DNA of 64,000 nucleotides from an uncultured bacterium (GTDB taxonomy: Bacteria > Krumholzibacteriota > Krumholzibacteriia > LZORAL124-64-63). The first letter of the stretch is position 1. Every line of letters begins with the position of its first letter. The DNA is taken from contig CAVSGO010000003.1 of the NCBI GenBank assembly GCA_963727525.1, positions 96,001 to 160,000 of the forward strand. Direction: 5' to 3'. The position numbers and the translations under genes were made by a program. The notes under the pieces are model-generated. The model had not been told where the DNA came from. It ran no database searches and was given only the letters and a program-made list of their open reading frames with translations. Positions 38,063 through 47,096 of the stretch are shown piece by piece.

Positions 38063-38426
38063 AGAGGTGGCCCCAGGAATTCGGACAGTGTGCTAAGGTG
38101 GCTCCCGCCCTTTGAACGAGAGGACAGGAGCAATGACCACACGACGCAGATTCTCCGCCGACTTCAAGGCCAAGGTCGCCCTCGAAGCGCTTGCCGGGGC
38201 CTTGACGATGGCCGAGCTCTCGGCTAAGCACGGCGTTCACCCGAACATGATCAGTCAGTGGAAACGGCGGGCTCAAGAGAGCCTGCCCGAGCTGTTCGCC
38301 AAGAAGGCGGACCGGACCGAGGCGGCGAAGGACGCCGAGCTCAAGGAACTCCATGCCAAGATCGGGAAGCTCTCCGTGGAAAACGATTTTTTGTCCAAAG
38401 CCTTCGGCCGATGAGTCGTGCCGACA
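38063..38426 (+). mobile_element. Truncated IS3-family element (left end plus orfA; orfB lost)
   Basis: IRL-like GAGGTGGCCCCAGGAATTCGGACA; orfA 38133-38414 (RRRFSADFKAKVALEAL...HGVHPNMISQWK...ENDFL); orfB begins at the ATGA overlap (MSRA) and then breaks. Confidence 0.88.
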
Positions 38427-38500
38427 ACACGTTCGCAGTAGCCATTCTGCCACGGGGAATGGGCGCCGATCGCCTTCTGCTCGATGCCCTTGAAGCCAGG
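38420..38500 (-). pseudogene. Integrase-core (rve) transposase fragment of a second element
   Basis: Minus frame GIEQKAIGAHSPWQNGYCERVVGT matches the SPWQNxxxER motif of DDE integrase cores. Confidence 0.7.
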
Positions 38501-38688
38501 TCCGTCCTCGCAGTGACCGGGAGAGCGGTGAGCGACCGCGCGCCGGGATCCGCGTGATGGCGTGGTCGCGTTGTCACCATCGGGAGCCACGGCCGTAGAG
38601 TCTCGCGTCCGGCGCCGACGGTCGCGGCATCGTTGCGCACCGTGTCGTCGGCCACGGCGTGTCACACGATTTCCCGAACGGAGCTGCG

Positions 38689-40059
38689 ATGTCTACCCCT
38701 CTGCGCCGGTTTCTCTCGCTCATCCTCCTTCCCTTGCTCCTGACCACCATCTCCCCGTGCCAGGCGGCCACGACGCCGAGCCGCGACGACGTGGTGCGCG
38801 GCCACGCCCGGGCGCTGGAAGAATCAGCCACGCACAGCCTCGACGACCTGGTTGCCGAGTTCGAATCGACGCGGTTCTCGGATGCGTTCCTCGCCGAGAC
38901 CACGACGGGCGAACGCCGCGAGCTGCTGCATCAGGTGCAGCAGGCCGCGGCCGCGGCCGGCGGCGTGATGCTCGACGAACGCAATGGCGACATCGTCATG
39001 CGGCTGGAGGGCGAGCGTATCTACGAGGTCGTTTTCCGGGTCCTGGCGGCGCTGCCTTACGCCATCGACGCGCTGCGCGTCGACGACGTGACCGACGGGG
39101 ACGAGGCGCTGACGTTGACGCCGGACAACGTGGCCGGGACGTTTCAGCAACTGGCTGCCGACGGTCTTCGCGCCGTGGTGTCGGTGCGCCTCGGCGGCGA
39201 ACTCCGCCTCCGGGAGGCTTACGGCCTGGTCGATCCGGCGCGCGGCTTGCCGATGTCACTGGACTCGGCCTTCTGTATCGGGTCCACGCCCATCGATTTC
39301 ACCGTCGCGGCGATCCTGCTGCTGGATCAGGAGGGCGCGCTCGACCTGGACGATCCCGTGAGCCGGTGGTTTCCTCACGTCCCTGCTGACAAGGCGGGGT
39401 TGACCATCCGCCACCTGCTGGAAGGACGCTCGGGGCTGCCGGACTTCTTCGACACGCCGGGCGACTGGGATCCCGACCTGGCCTGGGTCGACCGCGCGAC
39501 GGCGGAGCAACGCATCCTGTCGGCGCCCGTACTCTTTGTGCCGGGCGAGGGACGCGCGCACTCGCACGCGGCCTTCGTACTGCTGGCAGCGCTCATCGAG
39601 CGCGCTAGCGGCCAGGACTACCTCACCTTCCTGTCGCGGCGCATCTTCACGCCGGCGCACATGACGCGCACGGGCCCCTACGGCGACGCGCTCGGCCTGA
39701 CGCTGGACGACTTCGCCGTCGGCGCCGGCCCGTCGTTCGTGGGGCTCCCGAACATCCCGCCCAACTGGGGTCCTACCTCGTGGCTGGTCATGGGCAGCGG
39801 CGGCATGGTGTCCACGCTGGACGACCTGCTGAACTTCTACGCCTTCATGCGCGGTGGTGCGCTGCTCGACGACCAGCATGCCAGCCACTATCGCGGGGCC
39901 GGCGTGGGCGTCGGCGGCTCGGACCGGGGCTACTACGTCTTCCACGCCTACCGGGGCGACGACGACGAGGTGCTCCTGCTGGCCGCGGGCGAGGGGCGGG
40001 CCGAACCGCTCCGCCGGCTCTCGCGCGCGCTGGAGCAACTGGTCGACAGCGCGCCGTGA
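38689..40059 (+). CDS. Secreted serine hydrolase (beta-lactamase class C/S12 fold) with non-canonical motifs
   Basis: Signal peptide; FCIGSTPIDFT, LDLDDPV, LTIRHLL..RSGL, FVPG, LIERASG, GSGGMVST. Confidence 0.82.
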   Translation: MSTPLRRFLSLILLPLLLTTISPCQAATTPSRDDVVRGHARALEESATHSLDDLVAEFESTRFSDAFLAETTTGERRELLHQVQQAAAAAGGVMLDERNGDIVMRLEGERIYEVVFRVLAALPYAIDALRVDDVTDGDEALTLTPDNVAGTFQQLAADGLRAVVSVRLGGELRLREAYGLVDPARGLPMSLDSAFCIGSTPIDFTVAAILLLDQEGALDLDDPVSRWFPHVPADKAGLTIRHLLEGRSGLPDFFDTPGDWDPDLAWVDRATAEQRILSAPVLFVPGEGRAHSHAAFVLLAALIERASGQDYLTFLSRRIFTPAHMTRTGPYGDALGLTLDDFAVGAGPSFVGLPNIPPNWGPTSWLVMGSGGMVSTLDDLLNFYAFMRGGALLDDQHASHYRGAGVGVGGSDRGYYVFHAYRGDDDEVLLLAAGEGRAEPLRRLSRALEQLVDSAP

Positions 40060-40136
40060 AACCGGCTGGTCCGTTTATTCGTACAGTTTCGGTCTGAAAT
40101 CATCGCCCCCATCGACGCGCGCGAAGGAGAAACGGC

Positions 40137-41885
40137 ATGCACGACGAGCCAGGCACCGTTCAACGGCGGAAACCGAGTCGACTCGTCGCCCTGGCGGTCA
40201 TCGTGTTGAGCTGCGCCCCGGCGCTGGCCCGTGCCGCCTTCGACCCGCCGATCACCACGACCGACGTGACCTCGGCGGTGAGTTACCGGCATCAGTTGAC
40301 GGAGGCTGACACGTATCTCGACGCGGAGGATTTCGCGGCAGCGGCTGCGATCTACGCGGGGTTATGCCCAACCTTCCCGCAGAATGGTCTGCTCTGGCGC
40401 AACCGCGCCGTGTGCGACTACCAGCTCCAGGTCTACGGTGCGGCTGCGGACGAGTACCAACGTGCGGTCGAACTCGGCGTGCCGTTCCCGGCGATCTTGC
40501 TCTACAACGCCGCCTGTTGCCAGGCGCTTGCTGGTCAGCCGGATCTCGCCCTGGTCACGCTCGAGCGCGCCCTGGCGGCGGGGTTCGAGGATCGTCCCCT
40601 CCTGCTCGAGGATACCGATCTCGCGTCGCTCCACGATCTGCCGCGATGGCCCGAGGTCGCCGGGTTACTGCCGGATGATGAGATCGATCGAGTGGTCGGC
40701 TGGCGCACCGATCTCGACTTCTGGGTCAAGGAGGTCAAGCGACTGCATCCGGCGCCATTCGCCGTCGTGCACGAAGCCGAGTTCATGGCGCGGGTGGATC
40801 GTCTGCGCCAGCGTATCCCCGTCCTCGATGATGAGCAGATCGTCGCCGAATTCGTGAAGCTGGCGACCTTGCTAGGCGATGGGCATTCGGGCATCCGGCC
40901 GCTGCCGAAGGCGCGCGTCGGCCTGCGCCGCCTGCCGCTGCAACTCTATGCCTTTGCCGACGGGCTGTTCGTCATCGATGCCGACTCGACCCACGCCGAG
41001 CTGCTCGGAGCCGAGATCCTGGCGATCGGCAGCCGACAAGTCGCGGACATGTGGCCCGAGCTGAGCACGATCGTGCCCCGCGACAACTCCATGCGCATCC
41101 TCCAACAGGGGCCTTTCCTGCTCACGCTGACCGCGGTGCTGCGTGACCTCGGCGCGCTTGGCGAGACCGAGGCGGTACCGTTGCACATCCGCGATGCCGG
41201 CGGCGTCGAACGCGTGGTCACCGTCGAGTCATGCCCGCTCGGGCGGGCCAACTTCGAACTCATCCCCTCGCGGCTGCCCGGCGCGCCGACGCCGCCGCTC
41301 TACCTCGCGCACGCCGACGAGGTGCTGTGGATGGGCACCCTGGACGGCGGCCACGTGCTGTACGTCGAGTTCAATGTCGTGAGGGATGCCCCCAACGAGT
41401 CGATCGCCGCCTTTGCGGTGCGCCTGAAGGAACGCATCACCGCGCATCCGGAGATCGACACGATCGTGATGGACGTCCGCCACAACGGCGGCGGCAACAG
41501 CTTCCTGTATCCGCCGCTGGTCAAGGCGCTGGTGTTCTTCCAGGGATTGCGCGGCGACGCGCGGCTGTATGTCCTGATCGGCCGGCAGACGTTCAGCGCT
41601 TGCCAGAACTTCGTGACCGACCTCGACACCTGGACCGACGCGATCTTCGCCGGGGAACCGAGCGGATCGCGTCCCAACATGATCGGCGAGAGCACCTACT
41701 GCGTGCTCCCTTACAGCGGCCTGCGCGCCGGCATCTCCTCGCGCTATCACCAGGAGTCGTACCCGGGCGACGATCGCCCGTGGATCGCACCGAGCCTGCC
41801 CATCATGCTCGATTCGCAGGACTACTTCGCGAACCGCGATCCCGTGCTCGATGCGGTGCTGGCCGATCTGAATTCCGGGCGCTAG
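40137..41885 (+). CDS. Secreted TPR plus S41-family peptidase-like protein
   Basis: Signal peptide; YNAACCQAL TPR; LGDGHS, DVRHNGGG, GRQTFSA, GEPSG. Confidence 0.8.
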   Translation: MHDEPGTVQRRKPSRLVALAVIVLSCAPALARAAFDPPITTTDVTSAVSYRHQLTEADTYLDAEDFAAAAAIYAGLCPTFPQNGLLWRNRAVCDYQLQVYGAAADEYQRAVELGVPFPAILLYNAACCQALAGQPDLALVTLERALAAGFEDRPLLLEDTDLASLHDLPRWPEVAGLLPDDEIDRVVGWRTDLDFWVKEVKRLHPAPFAVVHEAEFMARVDRLRQRIPVLDDEQIVAEFVKLATLLGDGHSGIRPLPKARVGLRRLPLQLYAFADGLFVIDADSTHAELLGAEILAIGSRQVADMWPELSTIVPRDNSMRILQQGPFLLTLTAVLRDLGALGETEAVPLHIRDAGGVERVVTVESCPLGRANFELIPSRLPGAPTPPLYLAHADEVLWMGTLDGGHVLYVEFNVVRDAPNESIAAFAVRLKERITAHPEIDTIVMDVRHNGGGNSFLYPPLVKALVFFQGLRGDARLYVLIGRQTFSACQNFVTDLDTWTDAIFAGEPSGSRPNMIGESTYCVLPYSGLRAGISSRYHQESYPGDDRPWIAPSLPIMLDSQDYFANRDPVLDAVLADLNSGR

Positions 41886-41996
41886 GCGCCGTGACCTGGC
41901 GGTCGTAGGTTTGTCGCGGACTGTGGTCCCCGCGATGTCGCCGACCGTCGCGTCCGGCGTGTCCTTGTCGAGACCGAGGTGGGTTTGCGACCCGTG

Positions 41997-42569
41997 CTAG
42001 TCACTGTCCTTGTCCCCACTCTCATTCAGAAGGTCCATGAGCCCACTGTTTTCCACGGCCGGTACCACGGTTCCGGACTCGGCGGGCATCAGGGCGTGAA
42101 CGCCGTAGGCGTGGACGAGACGCCCACCCTCGTGCGCGGTGTTGGCCAGCAGCCCGGCCGCACCCAGGTAGCCCGCCAGAAAGACGGCGCCCACGGCGAC
42201 CGTCACCGCGCGGCGGGGAGTACGCTTCAGGATCCCGGGTAGGAACATCAGTGCGGCAAACACGAGCGTCAGCGCTGTGAACACCGTGCGCGTCTTCTCG
42301 GCCAGCCCTTCATGTCCTTCCAGGGCCGCGCTGATCGCTGGCGTGCGCGTTGCCAGTTCGCCGGCGGCCTCACCCGTGGCCACGGCCACCCAGGTGGCGG
42401 CGGTGCCCAGCGCCATCAGGGTCAGAGCCGAGATCAGGAATCCCCGAAGCGTGCGTGGCACGATGAGACCCAGAGCGACGAACACGGGAGCGACGAGCAG
42501 CAGACCGATGGGGAAGTGGACCACCAGAGGATGCAGAGCATCCCAACTGGGCAGCGGAGGAAGGTTCAT
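41997..42569 (-). CDS. DUF2231-family membrane protein
   Basis: LHPLVVHFPIGLL, ATGEAA, HEGLA, AHEGGRLVH..GV; four TM segments. Confidence 0.82.
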   Translation of the reverse strand: MNLPPLPSWDALHPLVVHFPIGLLLVAPVFVALGLIVPRTLRGFLISALTLMALGTAATWVAVATGEAAGELATRTPAISAALEGHEGLAEKTRTVFTALTLVFAALMFLPGILKRTPRRAVTVAVGAVFLAGYLGAAGLLANTAHEGGRLVHAYGVHALMPAESGTVVPAVENSGLMDLLNESGDKDSD

Positions 42570-42661
42570 GTTCGCATCTCCTGGAATTCGCGGTGGTGAT
42601 CGGGGCGGGGGCTTGCCGGCGAACCTCTCGACGAGGTTCGCCGGCACCCGGCTGCGCAGCT

Positions 42662-43291
42662 CTAGCTGACGGCAATGAACTTTGTGTTGTCCGTGAAGCA
42701 GACCGGGCACTTCTCGCCGGCCAGCTTCAACTCCGTGCGGCCGCAAACCGGGCACACATAGAGCTCGATGCTCTTGCCGCCCATGCTCTTCAGGTTCTGC
42801 AAAGCGTCGGCGTACAGCCTGGCGTGACCACCTTCGGCATCGATCGCGAAGTTGAAAGACCGCAGGGCCGCCTTGGAACCTTCGGCCTTGGCCGTCGCGA
42901 TGAACTCGGGATACATGGTATCGCGCTCGTAGGACTCGCCCTCGATGGCGGCCTTCAGGTTCTCGGCCGTCGTCATGACCGTGGGAGCCACGACCTTGGC
43001 CGTGGGGTTGGCGCCCATGCTGGTGATGACTTCGGCGTGGTTGGCGGCGTGGATGGATTCGGCGCGCGCGGCGGCGCGGAAGATGCTCGCGACCTTGGCG
43101 GACCCTTCCTGATCGGCCTTTTCGGCAAAGGCCAGGTAGCGGGCCTGGGCGTTGGATTCGCCGTTGAAGGCTTCCTGCAGGTTGGCCAGGGTCTTGTCGG
43201 CGGTCGGGGTCGCGCCGGCGATGGCGCTGCTCATGGCCAGGATAGTCAGGGCGGACACGATCAGGGTGAAGGGTTTCCAGAGCTTACGCAT
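42662..43291 (-). CDS. Rubrerythrin with N-terminal signal peptide
   Basis: NLQEAFNGESNA..RY, AESIH, IEGESYE...MYP.F, AEGGH, C-terminal CPVC...CPVC; N-terminus MRKLWK-hydrophobic-AIA; GGAGG RBS. Confidence 0.9.
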   Translation of the reverse strand: MRKLWKPFTLIVSALTILAMSSAIAGATPTADKTLANLQEAFNGESNAQARYLAFAEKADQEGSAKVASIFRAAARAESIHAANHAEVITSMGANPTAKVVAPTVMTTAENLKAAIEGESYERDTMYPEFIATAKAEGSKAALRSFNFAIDAEGGHARLYADALQNLKSMGGKSIELYVCPVCGRTELKLAGEKCPVCFTDNTKFIAVS

Positions 43292-43388
43292 GGGTTCATC
43301 CTCCGTACAGCGGGAACTTGGCGGTGATGGCCGGTCCCGGGGTGCGGGGCCGACCGCTTACAATGATTGCTTCGCTCCCTACCTGTAT

Positions 43389-43494
43389 TGCACCTAGCGT
43401 GCCATGCTGTATATTGTTTGATTTCATGTTGTTAGCACAATTGCGACGTGTGCAAGAATTGCGCACGCGTGCGCAGGCGCGAAATGCTTGCGCA
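43389..43494 (-). promoter_or_regulatory. Sigma54 promoter, IHF-like tract and two enhancer-like sites upstream of rubrerythrin
   Basis: Minus strand TGGCACGCTAGGTGCA (43389-43404); AT-rich 43410-43436; TGTGCAAGAATTGCGCA (43449-43465) and GCGAAATGCTTGCGCA (43479-43494). Confidence 0.75.
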
Positions 43495-43514
43495 GTACGT
43501 CCCGCCGCGGTGTC

Positions 43515-44879
43515 CTATTCGTGCCGGTAGCGCTTCAGCTTGTAGATGAGTGTCCGTCGGCTGATGCCGAGCAGTTCGGCGGTGCGGGTCCGATTGCCTC
43601 CCATGCGTTCGAGGGCGCTCTCGATTGATTCGCGCTCGATCCGATCCAGGGGCAATACAGGTCCGGCGGCCGCGGCGGGGAGGACTGCGTCCTCGTTCGT
43701 GTCCGTCCGGACCGGGTAGGCCGCGGCGCCCGGACGCACGGCCGGAGGCAGGTGTTCGGGCAGGATCACGTCCGTGCGGGAAAGCAGGCGCGCGCGCTCC
43801 ATGGCGTTCGAGAGCTCGCGGACGTTTCCGGGCCAATCGTAATTCTGGAGGGCCCGCGCCGTCGCCGGCGAAAGGCGCTTGCCCCCGTCGCTCCGATGAA
43901 GGAAGACACGCGCCAGGGGAAGAATGTCCTCGGGCCGGTCGCGCAACGGCGGTAGTTCCAGAGCGATGACATTCAGCCGATGGAAGAGATCCTCGCGGAA
44001 GCGCCCATCCCTGACGGCGTCGGCGAGGTCCTGGTTCGTGGCGGCCACCAGGCGTACATCCACCTGTTTTTCGCCGGTTCCACCGACCGGCACCAGGCGG
44101 CCGGCCTCAAGCACCCGGAGCAGTGCCGGCTGCAGTTCCAGCGGCATGTCCCCGATTTCGTCGAGGAACAGGGTACCGCCGTCCGCCTCGCGAAAGCGGC
44201 CGACTCGACGGCCCGTGGCTCCTGTGAACGATCCGGGTTCATGTCCGAACAGCTCGCTGGCCACCAGGCCTTCGGGCAGCGCGGCGCAGTTGACCGCGAT
44301 CATCGGCTTGTTCGAGCGATGGCTGTTGCGGTGGATGAACTGGGCCAGCACCTCCTTGCCGGCCCCGCTTTCGCCGGTCAACAGGACGGTGGCGTCGCTG
44401 GGCGCCACGCGCCAGGCGTCGTGCAGGAGCGCCCGTAGGGCCGGGCTCTCGGCCACGATCCCGTCCAGCACCCGGGCCGGCAGACCGCCGCCCGTCGGTT
44501 CGGCGCGGAACCCGAGGATATCCCCACAGACGGCGATGAGTTCGTCCAGATCGATGGGTTTGCCCAGGTAGTCCACCGCGCCGAGTTTGAGCGCCGTTAC
44601 GGCTTCGCGGACATTGGGGTGCGCCGTCACCAGCAGGAAGGGCAAGTCGGGGCAGCACTCCCGCACCCGGCGAAGGACCTCCACCCCGTCCGGTCCGGGC
44701 ATTCTCACATCGCTAACGATCAGATCGGGTCGTTGTCGCTGGAGAGCTTCCAGGGCTTCGTGACCGTCCCCCGCTTCCGTGACCAGGAATTCATGATCGC
44801 GGAGCGTGGCCGCATACAGATCACGGTGCGCCTTGTCGTCGTCGACGATCAGGATGCGGGGGGCGGCCCGAGCGTTCAT
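43515..44879 (-). CDS. NtrC/AtoC-family sigma54 response regulator
   Basis: REC (IVDDD, SDVRMP), GESGAGKE, SELFGH..GSFTGA, WPGNVREL, Fis HTH. Confidence 0.95.
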   Translation of the reverse strand: MNARAAPRILIVDDDKAHRDLYAATLRDHEFLVTEAGDGHEALEALQRQRPDLIVSDVRMPGPDGVEVLRRVRECCPDLPFLLVTAHPNVREAVTALKLGAVDYLGKPIDLDELIAVCGDILGFRAEPTGGGLPARVLDGIVAESPALRALLHDAWRVAPSDATVLLTGESGAGKEVLAQFIHRNSHRSNKPMIAVNCAALPEGLVASELFGHEPGSFTGATGRRVGRFREADGGTLFLDEIGDMPLELQPALLRVLEAGRLVPVGGTGEKQVDVRLVAATNQDLADAVRDGRFREDLFHRLNVIALELPPLRDRPEDILPLARVFLHRSDGGKRLSPATARALQNYDWPGNVRELSNAMERARLLSRTDVILPEHLPPAVRPGAAAYPVRTDTNEDAVLPAAAAGPVLPLDRIERESIESALERMGGNRTRTAELLGISRRTLIYKLKRYRHE

Positions 44880-46303
44880 GTCCTCGTCTCCGGAAACTCG
44901 GCCTCTGCGTTCAGGGCCATGTCGCCGATGGTCACGAGCGTGCCGCCCGGACGTGCCGCATCGGTGGGCGAGCGCAAGGCAATGGTCCAGCCGTGACTTT
45001 CGACGATGCGCCGCACGATGGCCAGCCCGAGTCCGTGTCCATGGTTGCGGCCTGTCACATAGGGTTTGAACAAATCGTCGCGTAGCGTCGGGTCAATGCC
45101 CGAGCCCTCGTCGAGCACCGACAGGATCCCGGCGCCTGCTTGACGCTTGATCATGACCGTAACCTTGCTCCCTCGGGGCGAGGCCTGCAAGCTGTTGAGC
45201 AGGAGGTTGACCAGGAGCTGCTCGAACTGCTCCGGGTCCGCGTGCAGGTAGACCTCCTCGCCATCGCAGACGAGGGCCACGCCCGCGCCCGAAAAATCTG
45301 GATCGAGCAGGCCGCATATCCGGCGAATCAGGGTGAGGGCCGCCATCGGTCGAGGTTGCACCGGACGCGGACGGGCGTAGGCCAGGAAATCGCCCAGGCG
45401 CGACGAGGCGGTATCGGTTTGTTCCATGATGGCCGCGGCGGCTTCGCGGGCCGACGGTGGCAGGTCCTCGTCGCCGGCGATGCGCTGCGCCAGTCCGCGC
45501 ACCAGACCCAGGGGATTGCGAGTCTCGTGCGCGAGCCCACGGGCGGTCAATTCGAGTTCGCTCAGATGCTCGGCGCGCAGCCGCGCCGAGCCCAGGCGGG
45601 CACTCAGCTCGCGATTGCGGATGGACAGGATCCAGGCGGTGGACAGGCCCACGATGCAGAGGGTTCCGACGGCCAGAATGGCATTGAGCCGGGCCGTGGC
45701 CTCGCCGACATGCCGATAATAGCCGTCTGCCACCATGCCCACCACCAGGGTCTGTGGGGTCGTTCCCAGGTCCAGATCGCTGCCCGGTTCGGCGTATCCG
45801 GTGAAATCAGGATATCGATGGCGGTATGGCAACTGGAAATCCTGCAGGCGTACGACCTCCCAATGCAGGTACTGACCGTTCTGCAATCCTCCGCCGTGGC
45901 CGTCGAGTGCCGGGAGAACCGCCGGCATCTTTCCCGCGCTGATGGCCGGGCCGAAGGCGGGTCGCAGCGTGACGAAAGTGACTTCGGTGGCGGCCACGAC
46001 ATTTTCCAGGATCATCCGGACCCGCTGGACGTCCAGGTGCCCCCGTCTGACCAGGGCCTGGATGCTGGCCTCCACGGTGTCGGCGACGCCGTGGGTTTCC
46101 TGGCTGATCTCCCGCAGCCCGAGGTCCCGGCTATGTCCGCGCTCCTTGATGTTCGAGCCCGCCAGCACGACCATCAACACCAGGCCGACTGCCACCGGCT
46201 GATGGTATAGCCGCACAACGCGGCCGAAGAGGCGGCGATGCGGAGGAATCCCGGCGGTGGTGTTCGCACGGGCGGTGTCTTGAGGCGTTACGGATTCGTT
46301 CAT
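44876..46303 (-). CDS. Two-TM sensor histidine kinase
   Basis: LAHETRNPL, NLLLNSLQA, DEGSGI, GHGLGL; ATGA overlap with the regulator; GGAGG RBS. Confidence 0.9.
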   Translation of the reverse strand: MNESVTPQDTARANTTAGIPPHRRLFGRVVRLYHQPVAVGLVLMVVLAGSNIKERGHSRDLGLREISQETHGVADTVEASIQALVRRGHLDVQRVRMILENVVAATEVTFVTLRPAFGPAISAGKMPAVLPALDGHGGGLQNGQYLHWEVVRLQDFQLPYRHRYPDFTGYAEPGSDLDLGTTPQTLVVGMVADGYYRHVGEATARLNAILAVGTLCIVGLSTAWILSIRNRELSARLGSARLRAEHLSELELTARGLAHETRNPLGLVRGLAQRIAGDEDLPPSAREAAAAIMEQTDTASSRLGDFLAYARPRPVQPRPMAALTLIRRICGLLDPDFSGAGVALVCDGEEVYLHADPEQFEQLLVNLLLNSLQASPRGSKVTVMIKRQAGAGILSVLDEGSGIDPTLRDDLFKPYVTGRNHGHGLGLAIVRRIVESHGWTIALRSPTDAARPGGTLVTIGDMALNAEAEFPETRT

Positions 46304-46364
46304 GACGGGGCGTCCGCCTCCGGGGACGCGTGACCGGGCGGGACCGGCCCGTCCCCAGTCTAAC

Positions 46365-46778
46365 TCATTTCTCCGGGTGTTCCCGGTCAAATCTCCACGA
46401 CGCCTGGGACACCAGGTGTCGATGGAAGAGGATACAGTGCCGGCCGAGGCGAGCGAGGAGGTTGTCGACGGTCGTCGGCGAGGTGTCGAGGAGCCTGGCG
46501 ATCTGGCGGTTGGCGGCGCCTGAGACGGCGTGCTTATGGACCTTTGGCAGGAGATCGGCGCGTTTGAGCCAGTATGTGGTGCGGAAGGTCTGGTCGGAGC
46601 AGGTCCTGCCGCAGGCCAGGCAGAGGTAGCGTTGGACGGTGTAGGGCGGGGACTTTCGGGAGACAGTGCCGAAGAGCGCGAAGGGCCAGGAATGCGGCTG
46701 AGGCTTGTGGTATTTGCAGTTAGGGTTGGGGCAGTGGGGAGGAAGTGAAGGGCATGAAGTGAGGGTTTTGGTGTTCAT
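46365..46778 (-). pseudogene. Truncated IS1-like transposase (zinc finger plus HTH only)
   Basis: CPNPNC...QRYLCLACGRT...RQIARLLDTSPTTV; no DDE domain follows. Confidence 0.65.
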
Positions 46779-47096
46779 GAGGACGGGTCCAGGCAAGCGC
46801 TGGACCCGTCAACATTCTTCGTGGCACGTTGCATTATTAGGCAACAATCGAACAGGATCTTTATACCCCCCTGAGCGATCTCGAGTATCTTGACAACCGG
46901 TGGCAAGCAGATTCCCAGTTTCTTTTGAGGCCATGCGGCCGAAACTTGGTGATTTGCCGCCAGCAAAGGCAAGTGCCGGTACTGGGCACAGCGCCCCAGG
47001 AAAGCTGAACGAGAGACAAATCTGGATGTTTGGGCAACATTGGTGGCCCCAGAGTTCTTGGCCGCACTTGACCCGCATCCGACCGGAGGAACTTCG

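Noticed and set aside
47041..47065. Possible second IS3 end (GGTGGCCCCAG shared with 38066)
   Set aside because: Only 11 bp, in direct rather than inverted orientation, and the rest diverges; plausible by chance.
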